The notes: generated from the letters alone by a model not told the origin. Positions 39,509 through 49,546 are shown, numbered from the stretch's first letter. The stretch is DNA of 64,000 bases from Candidatus Moraniibacteriota bacterium (GCA_023133275.1 JAGLWU010000021.1:1341-65340); one strand, 5' to 3'. Program-made: numbers and translations.

Positions 39509-39889
39509 TTATTTTATCGCTTTCCATAAACCATGCAAATTACAATACGCTCGAACTACAAAATCATCTGATTTGATAGCGAAAAATACCTCTGGCTGAT
39601 CACCAACTTTCAAAAAAACTTTCTGATTTTCACCACCAGCAATAATTTCAATCCACTCAATAAAATGATCCTCTTCCATCGGATGTGCCACTTCACCAAC
39701 TTTAATTTTAATTCCCCCCTTAATTTTTTCAACAACTGGAACATGCTTTTCAATCGTTGCATCTTCAATATTTTCAATCTGCAAATTCATCAGTTGATTG
39801 CAACAAACCAATTCCCCCACTCCAACATGATTAATTTGAACAATATTTCCACAAATTAAACATTTATAAACCTGATGTTTCTCAGTCAT
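39509..39889 (-). CDS. dfx: Desulfoferrodoxin (2Fe superoxide reductase)
   Basis: N-terminal desulforedoxin-like CxxC...CC (CLICGN...VCCN). SOR centre EKHVP...HPMEEDH...CNLHG. Confidence 0.85.
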   Translation of the reverse strand: MTEKHQVYKCLICGNIVQINHVGVGELVCCNQLMNLQIENIEDATIEKHVPVVEKIKGGIKIKVGEVAHPMEEDHFIEWIEIIAGGENQKVFLKVGDQPEVFFAIKSDDFVVRAYCNLHGLWKAIK

Positions 39890-39964
39890 ATTTTTATATT
39901 TTGAAAAATTACCATTTTATTATAACACAAACTTTTTACAAAAATTTTTAAATTATTTCCAATT

Positions 39965-40125
39965 GTGCTCGCCGCACGGACTTTTCACCATTTAACTTTT
40001 TTCGAAATTCTGAAACATTTCCGTAATATCTCTTGTCATTCAAATTACCTGTCATTCTGAACGTAGTAAATTTATTGCAGATAAATTTATGTAGTGAAGA
40101 ATCCCCCACAGAGAATCATAAAACT
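39965..40125. repeat. Mosaic repeat element (modules A+C+E), copy R4
   Basis: GTGCTCGCCGCACGGAC. CCTGTCATTCTGAACG. TTATGTAGTGAAGAATCCCCCACAGAGAATCATAAAAC (module E, also at 55949-55985). Confidence 0.75.
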
Positions 40126-40148
40126 TTAAAATTAAACAAAAAGTGAAT

Positions 40149-40865
40149 TTACTTCATCACCTGATTTTTCCAATCCTTCGGCATTTTCTCAATCGCATAA
40201 CGCAGAGCCGTTCGAGGCATAATTTTCTTATTTTTCAAAACAAAATCAAAAACTTCCTGAGAATAAATATTAGCTGCTTCTTTCAAAGTCCAACCATAAC
40301 CTTTTTGAACAAGATCGTCTTCATCTTGAATATCAATAAAATATTGCGAAACTTCAAAAATATTTTTTAAATAAATTTTTTCTTTTTGCTTTATGGAATG
40401 AATAAAAATAATACTCGCCGCCCGTCTCACCCAACGATTTTTTGACCTTCTCCATTTTTCAGTTTTCAATAAAAGTTCTGGAAAGGTAAAAATTAATTCG
40501 CCAAAAGCGTGCGTGCAAAAATCATCACATTTACTCCAAGTGTTTACATATTTTTTCAACCAATTTTCAAAAATAATAAAATCTGACTTTTTAAATTCGT
40601 CTTTTTTCTTTCTCGCCCAAGTAAAAGTGATTGTTGATTCTTCTAAATAATTTGATTTTAAAAGTTCTTCGCAAAGATTAAAAATTTCTTTTTTATTTAA
40701 ATCTTTTATTTTTTTCCAATGTTTGCTGGCAATTTTCCGCACAATTCCAGCACGCACACCATAAAGTTCAATCGGTTCTTTGAAAAATCTTTCTAAACCT
40801 TTCTTGTATTCTAAATCAATATTTTCTTTTAATTCTTTCCGAACTTTTTGTAAGTTTTTTTTCAT
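40149..40865 (-). CDS. DNA alkylation repair (AlkC/AlkD-like HEAT-repeat) protein
   Basis: Length and helical-repeat character. Motif region WVRRAASIIF...VQKGYGWTLKEAA is typical of the DNA_alkylation family. Confidence 0.55.
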   Translation of the reverse strand: MKKNLQKVRKELKENIDLEYKKGLERFFKEPIELYGVRAGIVRKIASKHWKKIKDLNKKEIFNLCEELLKSNYLEESTITFTWARKKKDEFKKSDFIIFENWLKKYVNTWSKCDDFCTHAFGELIFTFPELLLKTEKWRRSKNRWVRRAASIIFIHSIKQKEKIYLKNIFEVSQYFIDIQDEDDLVQKGYGWTLKEAANIYSQEVFDFVLKNKKIMPRTALRYAIEKMPKDWKNQVMK

Positions 40866-41127
40866 TTTACCTAAAATAATTTAGTTTATTTTAAACTTAG
40901 GACGCTTTTTTCTTTTAAAATAAACTTCTTCATCTAATTTTGGCAATTCAACAATACCTTTCTCTAACTCTACATTATTTTTCTCCTCATTATTATCAAC
41001 ATCAAATATCTTTCTTTGAATAAAATCTAATCTTTTTAAATCTAAAGTATTTGAAGACTTAATTGCAGCCACCATACTTTCACACAAATCTTCATTTGGA
41101 CTTATTTTAGCATAATCACTTATACGT

Positions 41128-41790
41128 CTATCGGAATCTTGACATTCGTAAATTTGTCTCGCCCCCCCCTTCTAATAATATTGGAACTTCTAGTTCTTTC
41201 CATCCAAAAGCATCTTTCCAATCATTTATTAATTGTTTGGAAAAATTATGCGATAGCTCATGAATCAAAGTTCCCTCAAAATTAGAAGCCTCTGGAATTC
41301 TATGAGGTTCAAAACTTTTTCCTGCTGGATAAATTTTTAATGAATTACACTTTTCCCAATTTTGCCCATTCATATCACTGCCAATATTTGGATTTATCTG
41401 CTGAATATTATCTAATAATATATATTTAATTTTTGACAAAGGATTTTCATCTTTCATTCTTGCAAATGCTTCGATTATATCTTCCAACTCTTGAATATGT
41501 CTACTTTCTAAAGTATTAGAAAAATTATATAATTCAATAGTACCAAAACTAGTTTTAATAATTATTTTTTCTCTTGGCTCACCTTTTTCTTTCCAGTAAT
41601 CTTGTAACCACCAGTTGTTTTCTTTTAATTTTTCAATAACTTTTTTCTCTATAATTTTTCTAGGATCATCTGCGTCAGAAAAAATTTCAATAACATTTAA
41701 ATCATCTTTGTCTTCAAAAACTTCCACTAGTTCTGGTTTGTATTTTTCTATAACTACATTTTCCATGCGTCTTTCTAAAATTTCATTCAT
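41128..41790 (-). CDS. Hypothetical protein with C-terminal HExxH (putative metallopeptidase-like)
   Basis: TLIHELSHNF near the C-terminus. A G8 homopolymer encodes GGG nine codons before the stop. Confidence 0.4.
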   Translation of the reverse strand: MNEILERRMENVVIEKYKPELVEVFEDKDDLNVIEIFSDADDPRKIIEKKVIEKLKENNWWLQDYWKEKGEPREKIIIKTSFGTIELYNFSNTLESRHIQELEDIIEAFARMKDENPLSKIKYILLDNIQQINPNIGSDMNGQNWEKCNSLKIYPAGKSFEPHRIPEASNFEGTLIHELSHNFSKQLINDWKDAFGWKELEVPILLEGGGETNLRMSRFR

Positions 41791-41804
41791 AAATCAAAAA
41801 TTAT

Positions 41805-44012
41805 TCATTTCCCCACAACCACAATCACATCAACCCCATACTTCTTCGCAACATCATCAGACTCCTCCAACCTAACCTCGCCATACCCACTCGAAATATT
41901 TTTAGCCAGCACCATAACCTCTTTATCCAAACCACTTTTATAATAAACCACCACACCCGCAACATTATTATTAGCATTAGCAGCAGTCTTAATTTGATAA
42001 TTTTTATTCTTAAAAATATTCGTCAAATCACCAGCAATACCAGATTTAGCACCACCATTTAAAACCTGAACTGAAATTTCAGATGGAATCACCAAATCAT
42101 TCGCATCACTCTCAGCTTTATCATTATCATCTTCAACACTTTCACTATCTGGATTGTTAGAATCAACATTCGATTGATCGTCATTTTCATTCGTCTTTTC
42201 ATTCTCATCAACTTCCTTTTCAACCTCATTATCAGTTTCATTATCTGTTTCCTCTTGATTATCTGACGCTAACAAATCATTAATGGAAGACTTATTCGTT
42301 GACAACTCATTACTCATTCCATACTGATAAAACCACCAAGCAACCAAACCCAACAACCCAATTATAACTACAATGAAAATTTTAATTTTAAAATTGATCG
42401 CTCGCACTTCATCTTGCATAGCATCATCAAAAGCATCATCGTCTTCATGCATCCACCTAATATCCATACCTCTCTTCGGTACACCACCATTCACAGATTG
42501 CTGTTGATTTCTCAAATCAATGTTGCGAGAAGATTTTTCTCTATTTAAATTTTCCGTTGATCTAACTGTTGAAGATTTTGTAGAATCACGAAAATTAGAC
42601 TCCCTATTATTCACACTCTTTCTTTCAGAAATATTTTGTTCAGCCATTTGCGAAACATTTTTACCATCTTCACCTTTTACATTAACTTTTATTTGATTTA
42701 AAAATGATTTTTTTTGAACACTTTTTTTACCCTGATTCTCGAAATAATTTTTGTTTTGCATAAACGTATTTTTAAAAACTTTTTTAGGTCTTGGTGGTAC
42801 CATTATAACATTTCCCGAGATTAATGTATACGGCGGATTTATTTTATTTTTATAAATCAACTCTTTCCAAGAAATTCCGTATCGGTAAGACACACTCATT
42901 ATATTATCGTTCTGTTTAATTTTATATTTAACCCAAGAAATTCCACCCACCACATTACTCAAATCCTCTTTTTTTCTCCACATCATAATTAAAGCAAAAG
43001 ACAAAATTAAAAGAACTGCAATAATTTCTCTCACAGGAATTATAAAATATGTAATTTTTTCACTAACAAACTCTTGAACTTTTTCTCCTTCACCCATTTT
43101 AATTCCACCTAATATCTCAACTTTACCAAACCACGGCATCAACACCTTAATATTATAAATATTACTTTCACCCGCTTTAGTTATCACATCCAGTTTGTAA
43201 AATTTTTCTTTATCAGAAGATTTTACTTTTACAAAAGTCTGATGACTTACTTCTAAATTATCATCACCGTCAACAACAAATTCAGCCAAATGTTCTTCTC
43301 TCCTACCCGCCTTCCACCAAGGAATAATATTAAACAAAGAAAAAGATCTTTTAAATGTAAAAGATTCAAATTTTACTTCACCAACTTCAACTTTTTCCAC
43401 TGGAATTTGATAAATTAATTTTTCTTGAGCTAAAACTTTATCATCATATTTATCTTCTAAAACTGCCGTAACGTATGCTTGATGATTTTGTGCATCCTGA
43501 GAAATTTTAATAGTGAAAGGAATGTGTTCTGACGTACCTGCTTTTACAGTTAACGTTGTACTTCGATCGCCCTCGCACCATTTTTTTAAAGCTTTGTCAT
43601 CAAAAGCCTTATCATTATTCGCTTTATTTTCATCGCATAGAATAGTAATATTACCACCATTATCTTTTAATAAATTTTGGTATTTTTCTGGCGGTGCATC
43701 GAAATAAAAAAGTGTATTAAAAAATAAATCATTACCTTCTTTCGCTTTCATTGTTTCGACTAAAGTGGTTTTTTCATCTGGAGCAATAAATAAGACAATG
43801 TCAATGTCGTCTTCGCTTTTATTGTGAACAATTAATTCTCCTGTGTGCTGACTGTCTGGCGAAACGGAAAAAATTAAATCTTTGAATTTATTGGTTCCTG
43901 ATTTTATTTCTATTTTTTCGTTTTCTGCGAGTGCAAAATTGTTATTTAGTAAACAGAAAATGAAAAGAAAAATGATGAAAGTATTTGAAAGATATTTTTG
44001 AATTTTAAACAT
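41805..44012 (-). CDS. Envelope protein with signal peptide, LysM domain, second TM, acidic linker and C-terminal LytR_C domain
   Basis: LysM (YKIKQNDNIMSVSYRYGISWKELIYKNKINPPYTLISGNVIMVP). C-terminal VQVLNGGAKSGIAGDL...VVVYYKSG...DVIVVVGK (LytR_C pattern). Confidence 0.6.
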   Translation of the reverse strand: MFKIQKYLSNTFIIFLFIFCLLNNNFALAENEKIEIKSGTNKFKDLIFSVSPDSQHTGELIVHNKSEDDIDIVLFIAPDEKTTLVETMKAKEGNDLFFNTLFYFDAPPEKYQNLLKDNGGNITILCDENKANNDKAFDDKALKKWCEGDRSTTLTVKAGTSEHIPFTIKISQDAQNHQAYVTAVLEDKYDDKVLAQEKLIYQIPVEKVEVGEVKFESFTFKRSFSLFNIIPWWKAGRREEHLAEFVVDGDDNLEVSHQTFVKVKSSDKEKFYKLDVITKAGESNIYNIKVLMPWFGKVEILGGIKMGEGEKVQEFVSEKITYFIIPVREIIAVLLILSFALIMMWRKKEDLSNVVGGISWVKYKIKQNDNIMSVSYRYGISWKELIYKNKINPPYTLISGNVIMVPPRPKKVFKNTFMQNKNYFENQGKKSVQKKSFLNQIKVNVKGEDGKNVSQMAEQNISERKSVNNRESNFRDSTKSSTVRSTENLNREKSSRNIDLRNQQQSVNGGVPKRGMDIRWMHEDDDAFDDAMQDEVRAINFKIKIFIVVIIGLLGLVAWWFYQYGMSNELSTNKSSINDLLASDNQEETDNETDNEVEKEVDENEKTNENDDQSNVDSNNPDSESVEDDNDKAESDANDLVIPSEISVQVLNGGAKSGIAGDLTNIFKNKNYQIKTAANANNNVAGVVVYYKSGLDKEVMVLAKNISSGYGEVRLEESDDVAKKYGVDVIVVVGK

Positions 44013-44121
44013 ATTTAAATAAGTTTATTTTGATAAAAAAATTTTAAACGACTTATTTAAATAATAGTTTATAAATTGCCTTTTGTAAATTTATTTAAAG
44101 TTTTAAATCAAAAAATTCTAC

Positions 44122-44150
44122 TTGACATAATAATAATAATAATAATAATG
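44122..44150 (+). promoter_or_regulatory. Promoter cassette copy b: TTGACA + (AAT)7 + GTAAAC
   Basis: cTTGACAtaataataataataataataatgtaaac. Longest microsatellite of the five copies. Confidence 0.55.
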
Positions 44151-44235
44151 TAAACTTAATTGTTAGTTTCTGATTAAATAATCAGAGTAAAAAAATTCTA
44201 ACTTTATTATTCTCTTTAAATAAATTGGAGAAAGT

Positions 44236-44373
44236 CATGAGAATGAAAGAAATGAGAGAATTAATCATTGTATTGCTTTGTCTATCAATACTATTCTTTT
44301 ATAAGGAAAACGATACTAATCCACCTAATACTACAACAAAAAAAATATTCAACTCTCGCACATCAAATAAGTA
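44236..44373 (+). CDS. 45-aa small secreted/membrane peptide (cassette-driven ORF b)
   Basis: MRMKEMRELIIVLLCLSILFFYKENDTNPPNTTTKKIFNSRTSNK. GGAGAAAG RBS. Terminator hairpin CCTAAAGCATA...TGCTTTAGG + T-run at 44380-44420. Confidence 0.5.
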
Positions 44374-44437
44374 AAACAAGCCTAAAGCATATAGATATTA
44401 TGCTTTAGGTTCTTTTTTATTAAAAAAGAAAAATTAT

Positions 44438-45400
44438 TTAACCTCTCAAAACTGCAAAAAGAATATAAGCCACATAAAGCAAAACAAAAAATATACCTTG
44501 CGATTTCTCCAAAACTTTCTTTTTCCCAATAAACATAAAAACAAAAAGAATAACGCTAACCAAAACTAAAAACAACGCATCAATAATATTATCCCCAGTA
44601 AACGCCAAATCCCCCACTGTTGCCGTAACACCCAAAGCAAAAAGAGCATTAAAAATACAACTACCCACAATTCCACCAACTACCAAATCAACATGACCTT
44701 TCCTCGCACCTATCGCTGACATAACAATTTCTGGCAAAGATGTTCCAATCGCCACAATCGTTAAACCAATTAAATTTTCAGAAATATTCAAAGAAACCGC
44801 GATCTCTGTCGCAGCTGAAACAACAAAATTTCCACCCAAAACTAACGCAAAAATTCCACCAATTGTATAAAAAATTGATTTAACTAAACTGATATTTTCT
44901 ATTTCATCACCATTCTCACCAGATTTTTCCACGCTTGCTAAACCAAAAGTATAAACAATAAACAAAATAAAAAATCCCAGCAGAGCCAAACCATCAATTC
45001 TAGTAATTACATTTTCTCCCACACCCTCAATAAATCGATCACTTCCAAAAATAAAAATCATTATCGCCGCCAATAAAGAAAAAGGAATCTCCTTCCAAAC
45101 CGTTCGCTTTTCAATCGATAACGGAACAATAATTGCCGAAATCCCAAGTCCCAACAAAATATTAATAACATTACTTCCCAAAATATTTCCAATAGAAAGT
45201 TCTGTCGATCCTTTCAAAACCGCACTAACATTTACAAATAATTCCGGTGCCGAAGTCCCAATCGCCACGATCGTCAATCCAACCACAAAAGCCGACATCC
45301 CCAATTTTACCGCAATCGACGCCGCTCCTTTAACAAAATAATCCGCTCCTTTAATTAAAATTCCAAAAGAAATTAAAACTATAATAATATTCAACAACAT
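44438..45400 (-). CDS. CaCA-family Na+/Ca2+ (K+-dependent) exchanger, YrbG-like
   Basis: Two alpha-repeats with GTSAPELFVN and GTSLPEIVMS. About 10 TM. Confidence 0.8.
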   Translation of the reverse strand: MLLNIIIVLISFGILIKGADYFVKGAASIAVKLGMSAFVVGLTIVAIGTSAPELFVNVSAVLKGSTELSIGNILGSNVINILLGLGISAIIVPLSIEKRTVWKEIPFSLLAAIMIFIFGSDRFIEGVGENVITRIDGLALLGFFILFIVYTFGLASVEKSGENGDEIENISLVKSIFYTIGGIFALVLGGNFVVSAATEIAVSLNISENLIGLTIVAIGTSLPEIVMSAIGARKGHVDLVVGGIVGSCIFNALFALGVTATVGDLAFTGDNIIDALFLVLVSVILFVFMFIGKKKVLEKSQGIFFVLLYVAYILFAVLRG

Positions 45401-45429
45401 ATTTTATTTTATAAATTAAAAATTAAATT

Positions 45430-45640
45430 GTGCTCGCCGCACGGGCTTTTCTGAACAAGGGGTCATAACCCCTTGTTTAACCCCTACAAAATTATACGAC
45501 CCCCCGACCTGTCATTCCGAAAAATATATTTTCTTTCAGAGCGTAGTGATGAACTAGAAAATAATTTATCCGGAATCTATACTTTAAGATTAAAGAAAAT
45601 TTAAAATACAATACACTTCCTAAATTCCGGATAATTTTTT
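45430..45640. repeat. Mosaic repeat element (modules A+B1+C+D), copy R5
   Basis: GTGCTCGCCGCACGGGC. TTCTGAACAAGGGGTCATAACCCCTTGTTTAACC. CCTGTCATTCCGAAAAATA. ATTTATCCGGAATCTATACTTTAAGATTAAAGAAAATTTAAA. ATTCCGGATAA is the inverse of TTATCCGGAAT. Confidence 0.8.
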
Positions 45641-45879
45641 AAGTTTTTCGTAGAAAAATTTAAAAAATTTCCAAAGTGACAAGAGGGAAAGCATCAGAAA
45701 AACTTATTAGGATTTCTGTCTGCCTGTTGCAATAGGTAGACTTCACTTCTTTATTTTTTCTTACGAAAAAATAAATCCGCCTATCTGCCAACAAAGGCAA
45801 GTTTAGAATGACATGAAGTTTCAAAGTTTTAAATAAAATTTAACAAAATCAATAACAAAAAACAACCTTTCCAAAAAAT

Positions 45880-47790
45880 CTACTCCTTTTCAACTTGCTT
45901 AATCATATCACGAACCCCTGCAAAATCAATTTCCTTTTTAGAATTAGAAAACTTTTTCGGCTCCATGTGTTGCATCTGAGAAAAATTCAAAGGCTTATCT
46001 TTTGAAACATAAACATTTTCCTTAACTTCCTCATTTTGATTCAAATTATCGCCAGTATTTTCCCCTTGCCCTTTTCTTGAATCACCTTTTTTAACATCAT
46101 CATTCTGATCTTGATTTTTAGTTTCTTTAACTTTAGCAACTGCCCTTTGATAATCTTTCAAACAATCCTTACAAAAAACTGGACGCTTTCCATCTGGTTT
46201 AAACGGAATTTCAATTGCCTCATCACAAGTATCACAATTAACTGGATAAAATTGTCGTTTAGGTTTTTGGACTTCAGTTTTTCTCTCTTCTCGAAGATCT
46301 CTTCGCTTTTCTGAAAAATTAGAATTTGAATTATCATTTGGAGTTTGTCGCGAAACCACTTTAGGCTTTTCATAAACTTTTCGTTCTGAAACTTGAGGCT
46401 TTGAAAATTTTGGAGTAAATTTCTTTGGTTTTGAATTTCTGGAAAAATCTCTGGTCTCTTTTACTCTTGAGCTTGAATATTGTCGATCTTCTCGTGAACT
46501 CGCCAAATCATCTTCTGATAACATCCCACTACTACGAGCAATTTTTTCCTCGACTTCTTTTCTAGGAGTTGCATATTTTTCTCGAGAAAGTTGAATAATC
46601 TGTTCCGTGCTATCTGATTCCAATCTTTCAATTGGTGGCAAAGTCGTCGCACTGAAAGCATCTCCAGCAATTCCATCAATCATCAATTTAAGATAAATAT
46701 TATACTTCGGCAAATTCACAATATCATTCATCATAAAAACTGGTTCAAATTCTTTTTCTAAAAATTCTGCATCAAACGCTCCGACCCGAAAAGAAACAAT
46801 CGTTCCCGCATTACCAAAAATAGCATCTCGAACCGTTTCATCCAACTGAGTAATATACTGATTCGCTAAAATTAAATTCAAGCGATATTTACGAGCCTCT
46901 GAAAGAATGTTCGCAAAAGATTCTGTCGCAAAGTTTTGAAACTCATCAACGTAAAGATAAAAATCTTTTCGATCTTCCTCAGGAGTGTCTACCCGACCCA
47001 TCGCTGCCAACTGAATTTTAGTAATAATCATCGCTCCAATCAACGCACTGTTATCCTCCCCAATCCGTCCTTTTGACAAATTCATAATGAGAATTTTTTT
47101 GTCATCCATTATTGTTCGCAAATCAAAAGCTGATTTATTCTGACCAACAACATTTCGAATTACTGGACTGGTCAAAAACTGTCCAACTTTATTTTGAATT
47201 GGAGAAATAACTTCTTGTAAAACACGCTCATTCCATTGCGGAAATTCGTCTACCCAAAAAGAACGTACTACTGGATCAGTGATTTTACTCGATACTCTTT
47301 TCCGATAATTTTTATCTACTAAAATACGCATCACTCCCAATAAATTACTTCCAGGATATTCTAAAAGTGCTAAAAGTGCATTTCGTAAAATATATTCCAA
47401 ACGAGGACCCCATGAATCTGCCCACAATTTTTGAAAAACTCCAATTAAGCCTGATGCAACTAATGGACGAAATTCTGGAGCGACTTTTTCCATCACGTTA
47501 AAAGCTAGTGGAAAATCTTGATCAGCGGGATTGAAATAAATTACATCATCTAATCGATCGCTCGGAATCATACTGATTAATTTTTCTGCTGTATCTCCAT
47601 GTGGATCGACAAAAGCTACTCCGTGTCCGTTGCGAATATCTTGAATTGCCATGTTTTCTAAAAGGTTGGTTTTACCCATACCTGTTTTTCCGATTGCGTA
47701 AAAATGTCGACGTCGATCATCGGTTTTTATTCCAAAGGTTGCTTCTTTGTTTCTAAAATTTGTTTTTGCAAATGCGATTACTTCTGACAT
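45880..47790 (-). CDS. VirD4/TraG/TraD-like (T4CP-like) P-loop ATPase lacking an N-terminal TM, with charged tail and C-terminal zinc ribbon
   Basis: Walker A AIGKTGMGKT. Walker B LYVDEFQNF. T4CP-type ANQYITQLDETVRDAIFGNAGTIVSFRVGAFD (cf. VirD4 AQSxxQLxxxYG...FLRxxD). C-terminal CDTC...x17...CKDC. Confidence 0.6.
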   Translation of the reverse strand: MSEVIAFAKTNFRNKEATFGIKTDDRRRHFYAIGKTGMGKTNLLENMAIQDIRNGHGVAFVDPHGDTAEKLISMIPSDRLDDVIYFNPADQDFPLAFNVMEKVAPEFRPLVASGLIGVFQKLWADSWGPRLEYILRNALLALLEYPGSNLLGVMRILVDKNYRKRVSSKITDPVVRSFWVDEFPQWNERVLQEVISPIQNKVGQFLTSPVIRNVVGQNKSAFDLRTIMDDKKILIMNLSKGRIGEDNSALIGAMIITKIQLAAMGRVDTPEEDRKDFYLYVDEFQNFATESFANILSEARKYRLNLILANQYITQLDETVRDAIFGNAGTIVSFRVGAFDAEFLEKEFEPVFMMNDIVNLPKYNIYLKLMIDGIAGDAFSATTLPPIERLESDSTEQIIQLSREKYATPRKEVEEKIARSSGMLSEDDLASSREDRQYSSSRVKETRDFSRNSKPKKFTPKFSKPQVSERKVYEKPKVVSRQTPNDNSNSNFSEKRRDLREERKTEVQKPKRQFYPVNCDTCDEAIEIPFKPDGKRPVFCKDCLKDYQRAVAKVKETKNQDQNDDVKKGDSRKGQGENTGDNLNQNEEVKENVYVSKDKPLNFSQMQHMEPKKFSNSKKEIDFAGVRDMIKQVEKE

Positions 47791-47799
47791 ATTTTTGTT

Positions 47800-48231
47800 T
47801 TAACTAAGGATAAAATTATTTAATAAATAAATTTCTAATTGTTTTATTAAAAACCCCAAACAAATCATTAAAGACAAAATAAAAGAATAAAAATAAGATT
47901 TACAGAAAAAATGTTTTAAATTTTTATCTTTATAGTCAACAAATAATAAAGATAGTGAACCAAACAAAACAATAGGAGATAAATAAAAAAATATTACAAA
48001 AAATATAAGCCCTAAATCCAAATAATTTATGAATTTTTCAATTGCAAAATTATTACAATACATATAATTACTATCGCTTCCAAATTCTAAATAACATCTT
48101 CCTTTTTCAAATGCAAAATTAAAAATAAATAAACTACCTAATGATAAAAGTAATCCTGTAGTATAAAAAATACTAATTATATTTAAAAGTCTCTTGGTAT
48201 TTTTTTTCTTAAGTCTTTCTTTAAATTTCAT
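47800..48231 (-). CDS. Small polytopic membrane protein (partner of the ATPase)
   Basis: 143 aa, 4 TM. Gene ends 9 nt before the ATPase start. Confidence 0.45.
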   Translation of the reverse strand: MKFKERLKKKNTKRLLNIISIFYTTGLLLSLGSLFIFNFAFEKGRCYLEFGSDSNYMYCNNFAIEKFINYLDLGLIFFVIFFYLSPIVLFGSLSLLFVDYKDKNLKHFFCKSYFYSFILSLMICLGFLIKQLEIYLLNNFILS

Positions 48232-48274
48232 AAAACAAAAATTTTAAAATTAATCAAGTAATTATACCCCAAAA

Positions 48275-49546
48275 TTAAGTCGTCGGCAAGTTAGTCGGGG
48301 CACCACCACGGCGAGCAGAAGAAAACTGAACACTCGGCGACACAATCGACATATCTGGCAAATGAAAAACCGTCGCCAACTCAGTCGTACTCAAATGAAA
48401 AGTTACCCCCGAATCATCCCGATCACGATACCGCTCCAAAATCCGCCTCATTCGAGAACCTTTCCGAGCATCAACATTCACATAATCCGCATAAGTCTTA
48501 CTTCTATCTACAGGAATAAATTGATTAGTATGATTATCTGAAAATTCTTTAAGCATCGCACTTGCTCCTGCCACATTAATCATTGAAAAATTTTCCTTAC
48601 GTCCAATGCAAAGTATTCTTGCCTTTACTGAAAACATCGACTTCGCAATATTTTCCTCCAAAGACGCAAGAGTTTGTTTTTCACCCGGAGTCAATCTAAA
48701 TTCAAGAGGTTGTTCATCAGTCGCTGGAGATTCTAAAGAAGAAAATTCCACTGGACCAAAAAGAGCTGGGAAAATATTTTTAACAATTTCCTTAACGTCA
48801 TAAAAAAAACGATCAAAAAAACCAAACTTTTCATTATTCTTTCCAAGAAATTCATCAACTGTTGTTTTCCCCCATTCATCAAACCATTGTGGTCTATCTG
48901 GCTGAACTACGTATTGTAACCAAAGATGCTGATTCGGTCCTAAAGTACTAATAATTTCCATATAATTTGCCAAAGGATCAATCATTTTCCCCGTAACATC
49001 CTCATCAAAATATTTATAAGTTTTAATTGGATAAGCATCATCTTTTAATAACGTCCAATCTGCTCCCCAAAGTGTCCACTCATCATTCGGAATTAAAGCA
49101 GGAATATTACCAGTATAATCATCCACCTGAAAAATTTCAACTCCTTGATATTGAGCGTACAAAGCACTTTCCACTAAATCCCGAAAAAAAGCTGGCGTAC
49201 GAATATAAAAATGAGCCGCTCCTTCAGACCCCACAAGTTCCAAACTAAAATAAGGATTCATTTTTCCTAAAGCATATTGAGCAAATTTATTCATTCCAGC
49301 ATCAGTCGCCGCCAATGCGTTAAAAAAACCTTCCATTATTTTTGGACTTTTTTCGACATCTTGAGGCGGAATAATTTCTAAAAGAATATCATTCTGCGTC
49401 ATCAACCAACCAATCGCTGCATGTCGTCCCCACAAATTTTTAAAAAGAAACCATGAAAACGTTGGTAAAATTAAAAACCAAACTTTTCCAAAAATTAAAA
49501 ATATTCGAATAAAAAAATCAAAAAATGACGATAGCTCGCTAAACAT
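48275..49546 (-). CDS. Membrane-anchored hypothetical protein (first gene of the ATPase trio)
   Basis: 423 aa. Two N-terminal TM, then a soluble domain. Same strand and tight spacing with the next two genes. Confidence 0.45.
   Translation of the reverse strand: MFSELSSFFDFFIRIFLIFGKVWFLILPTFSWFLFKNLWGRHAAIGWLMTQNDILLEIIPPQDVEKSPKIMEGFFNALAATDAGMNKFAQYALGKMNPYFSLELVGSEGAAHFYIRTPAFFRDLVESALYAQYQGVEIFQVDDYTGNIPALIPNDEWTLWGADWTLLKDDAYPIKTYKYFDEDVTGKMIDPLANYMEIISTLGPNQHLWLQYVVQPDRPQWFDEWGKTTVDEFLGKNNEKFGFFDRFFYDVKEIVKNIFPALFGPVEFSSLESPATDEQPLEFRLTPGEKQTLASLEENIAKSMFSVKARILCIGRKENFSMINVAGASAMLKEFSDNHTNQFIPVDRSKTYADYVNVDARKGSRMRRILERYRDRDDSGVTFHLSTTELATVFHLPDMSIVSPSVQFSSARRGGAPTNLPTT

Noticed and set aside
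45880-47790. The ATPase as an IS transposase, helper or phage terminase
   Set aside because: No DDE or HTH transposase motifs and no terminal inverted repeats. The motifs match the T4CP/TraG family instead.
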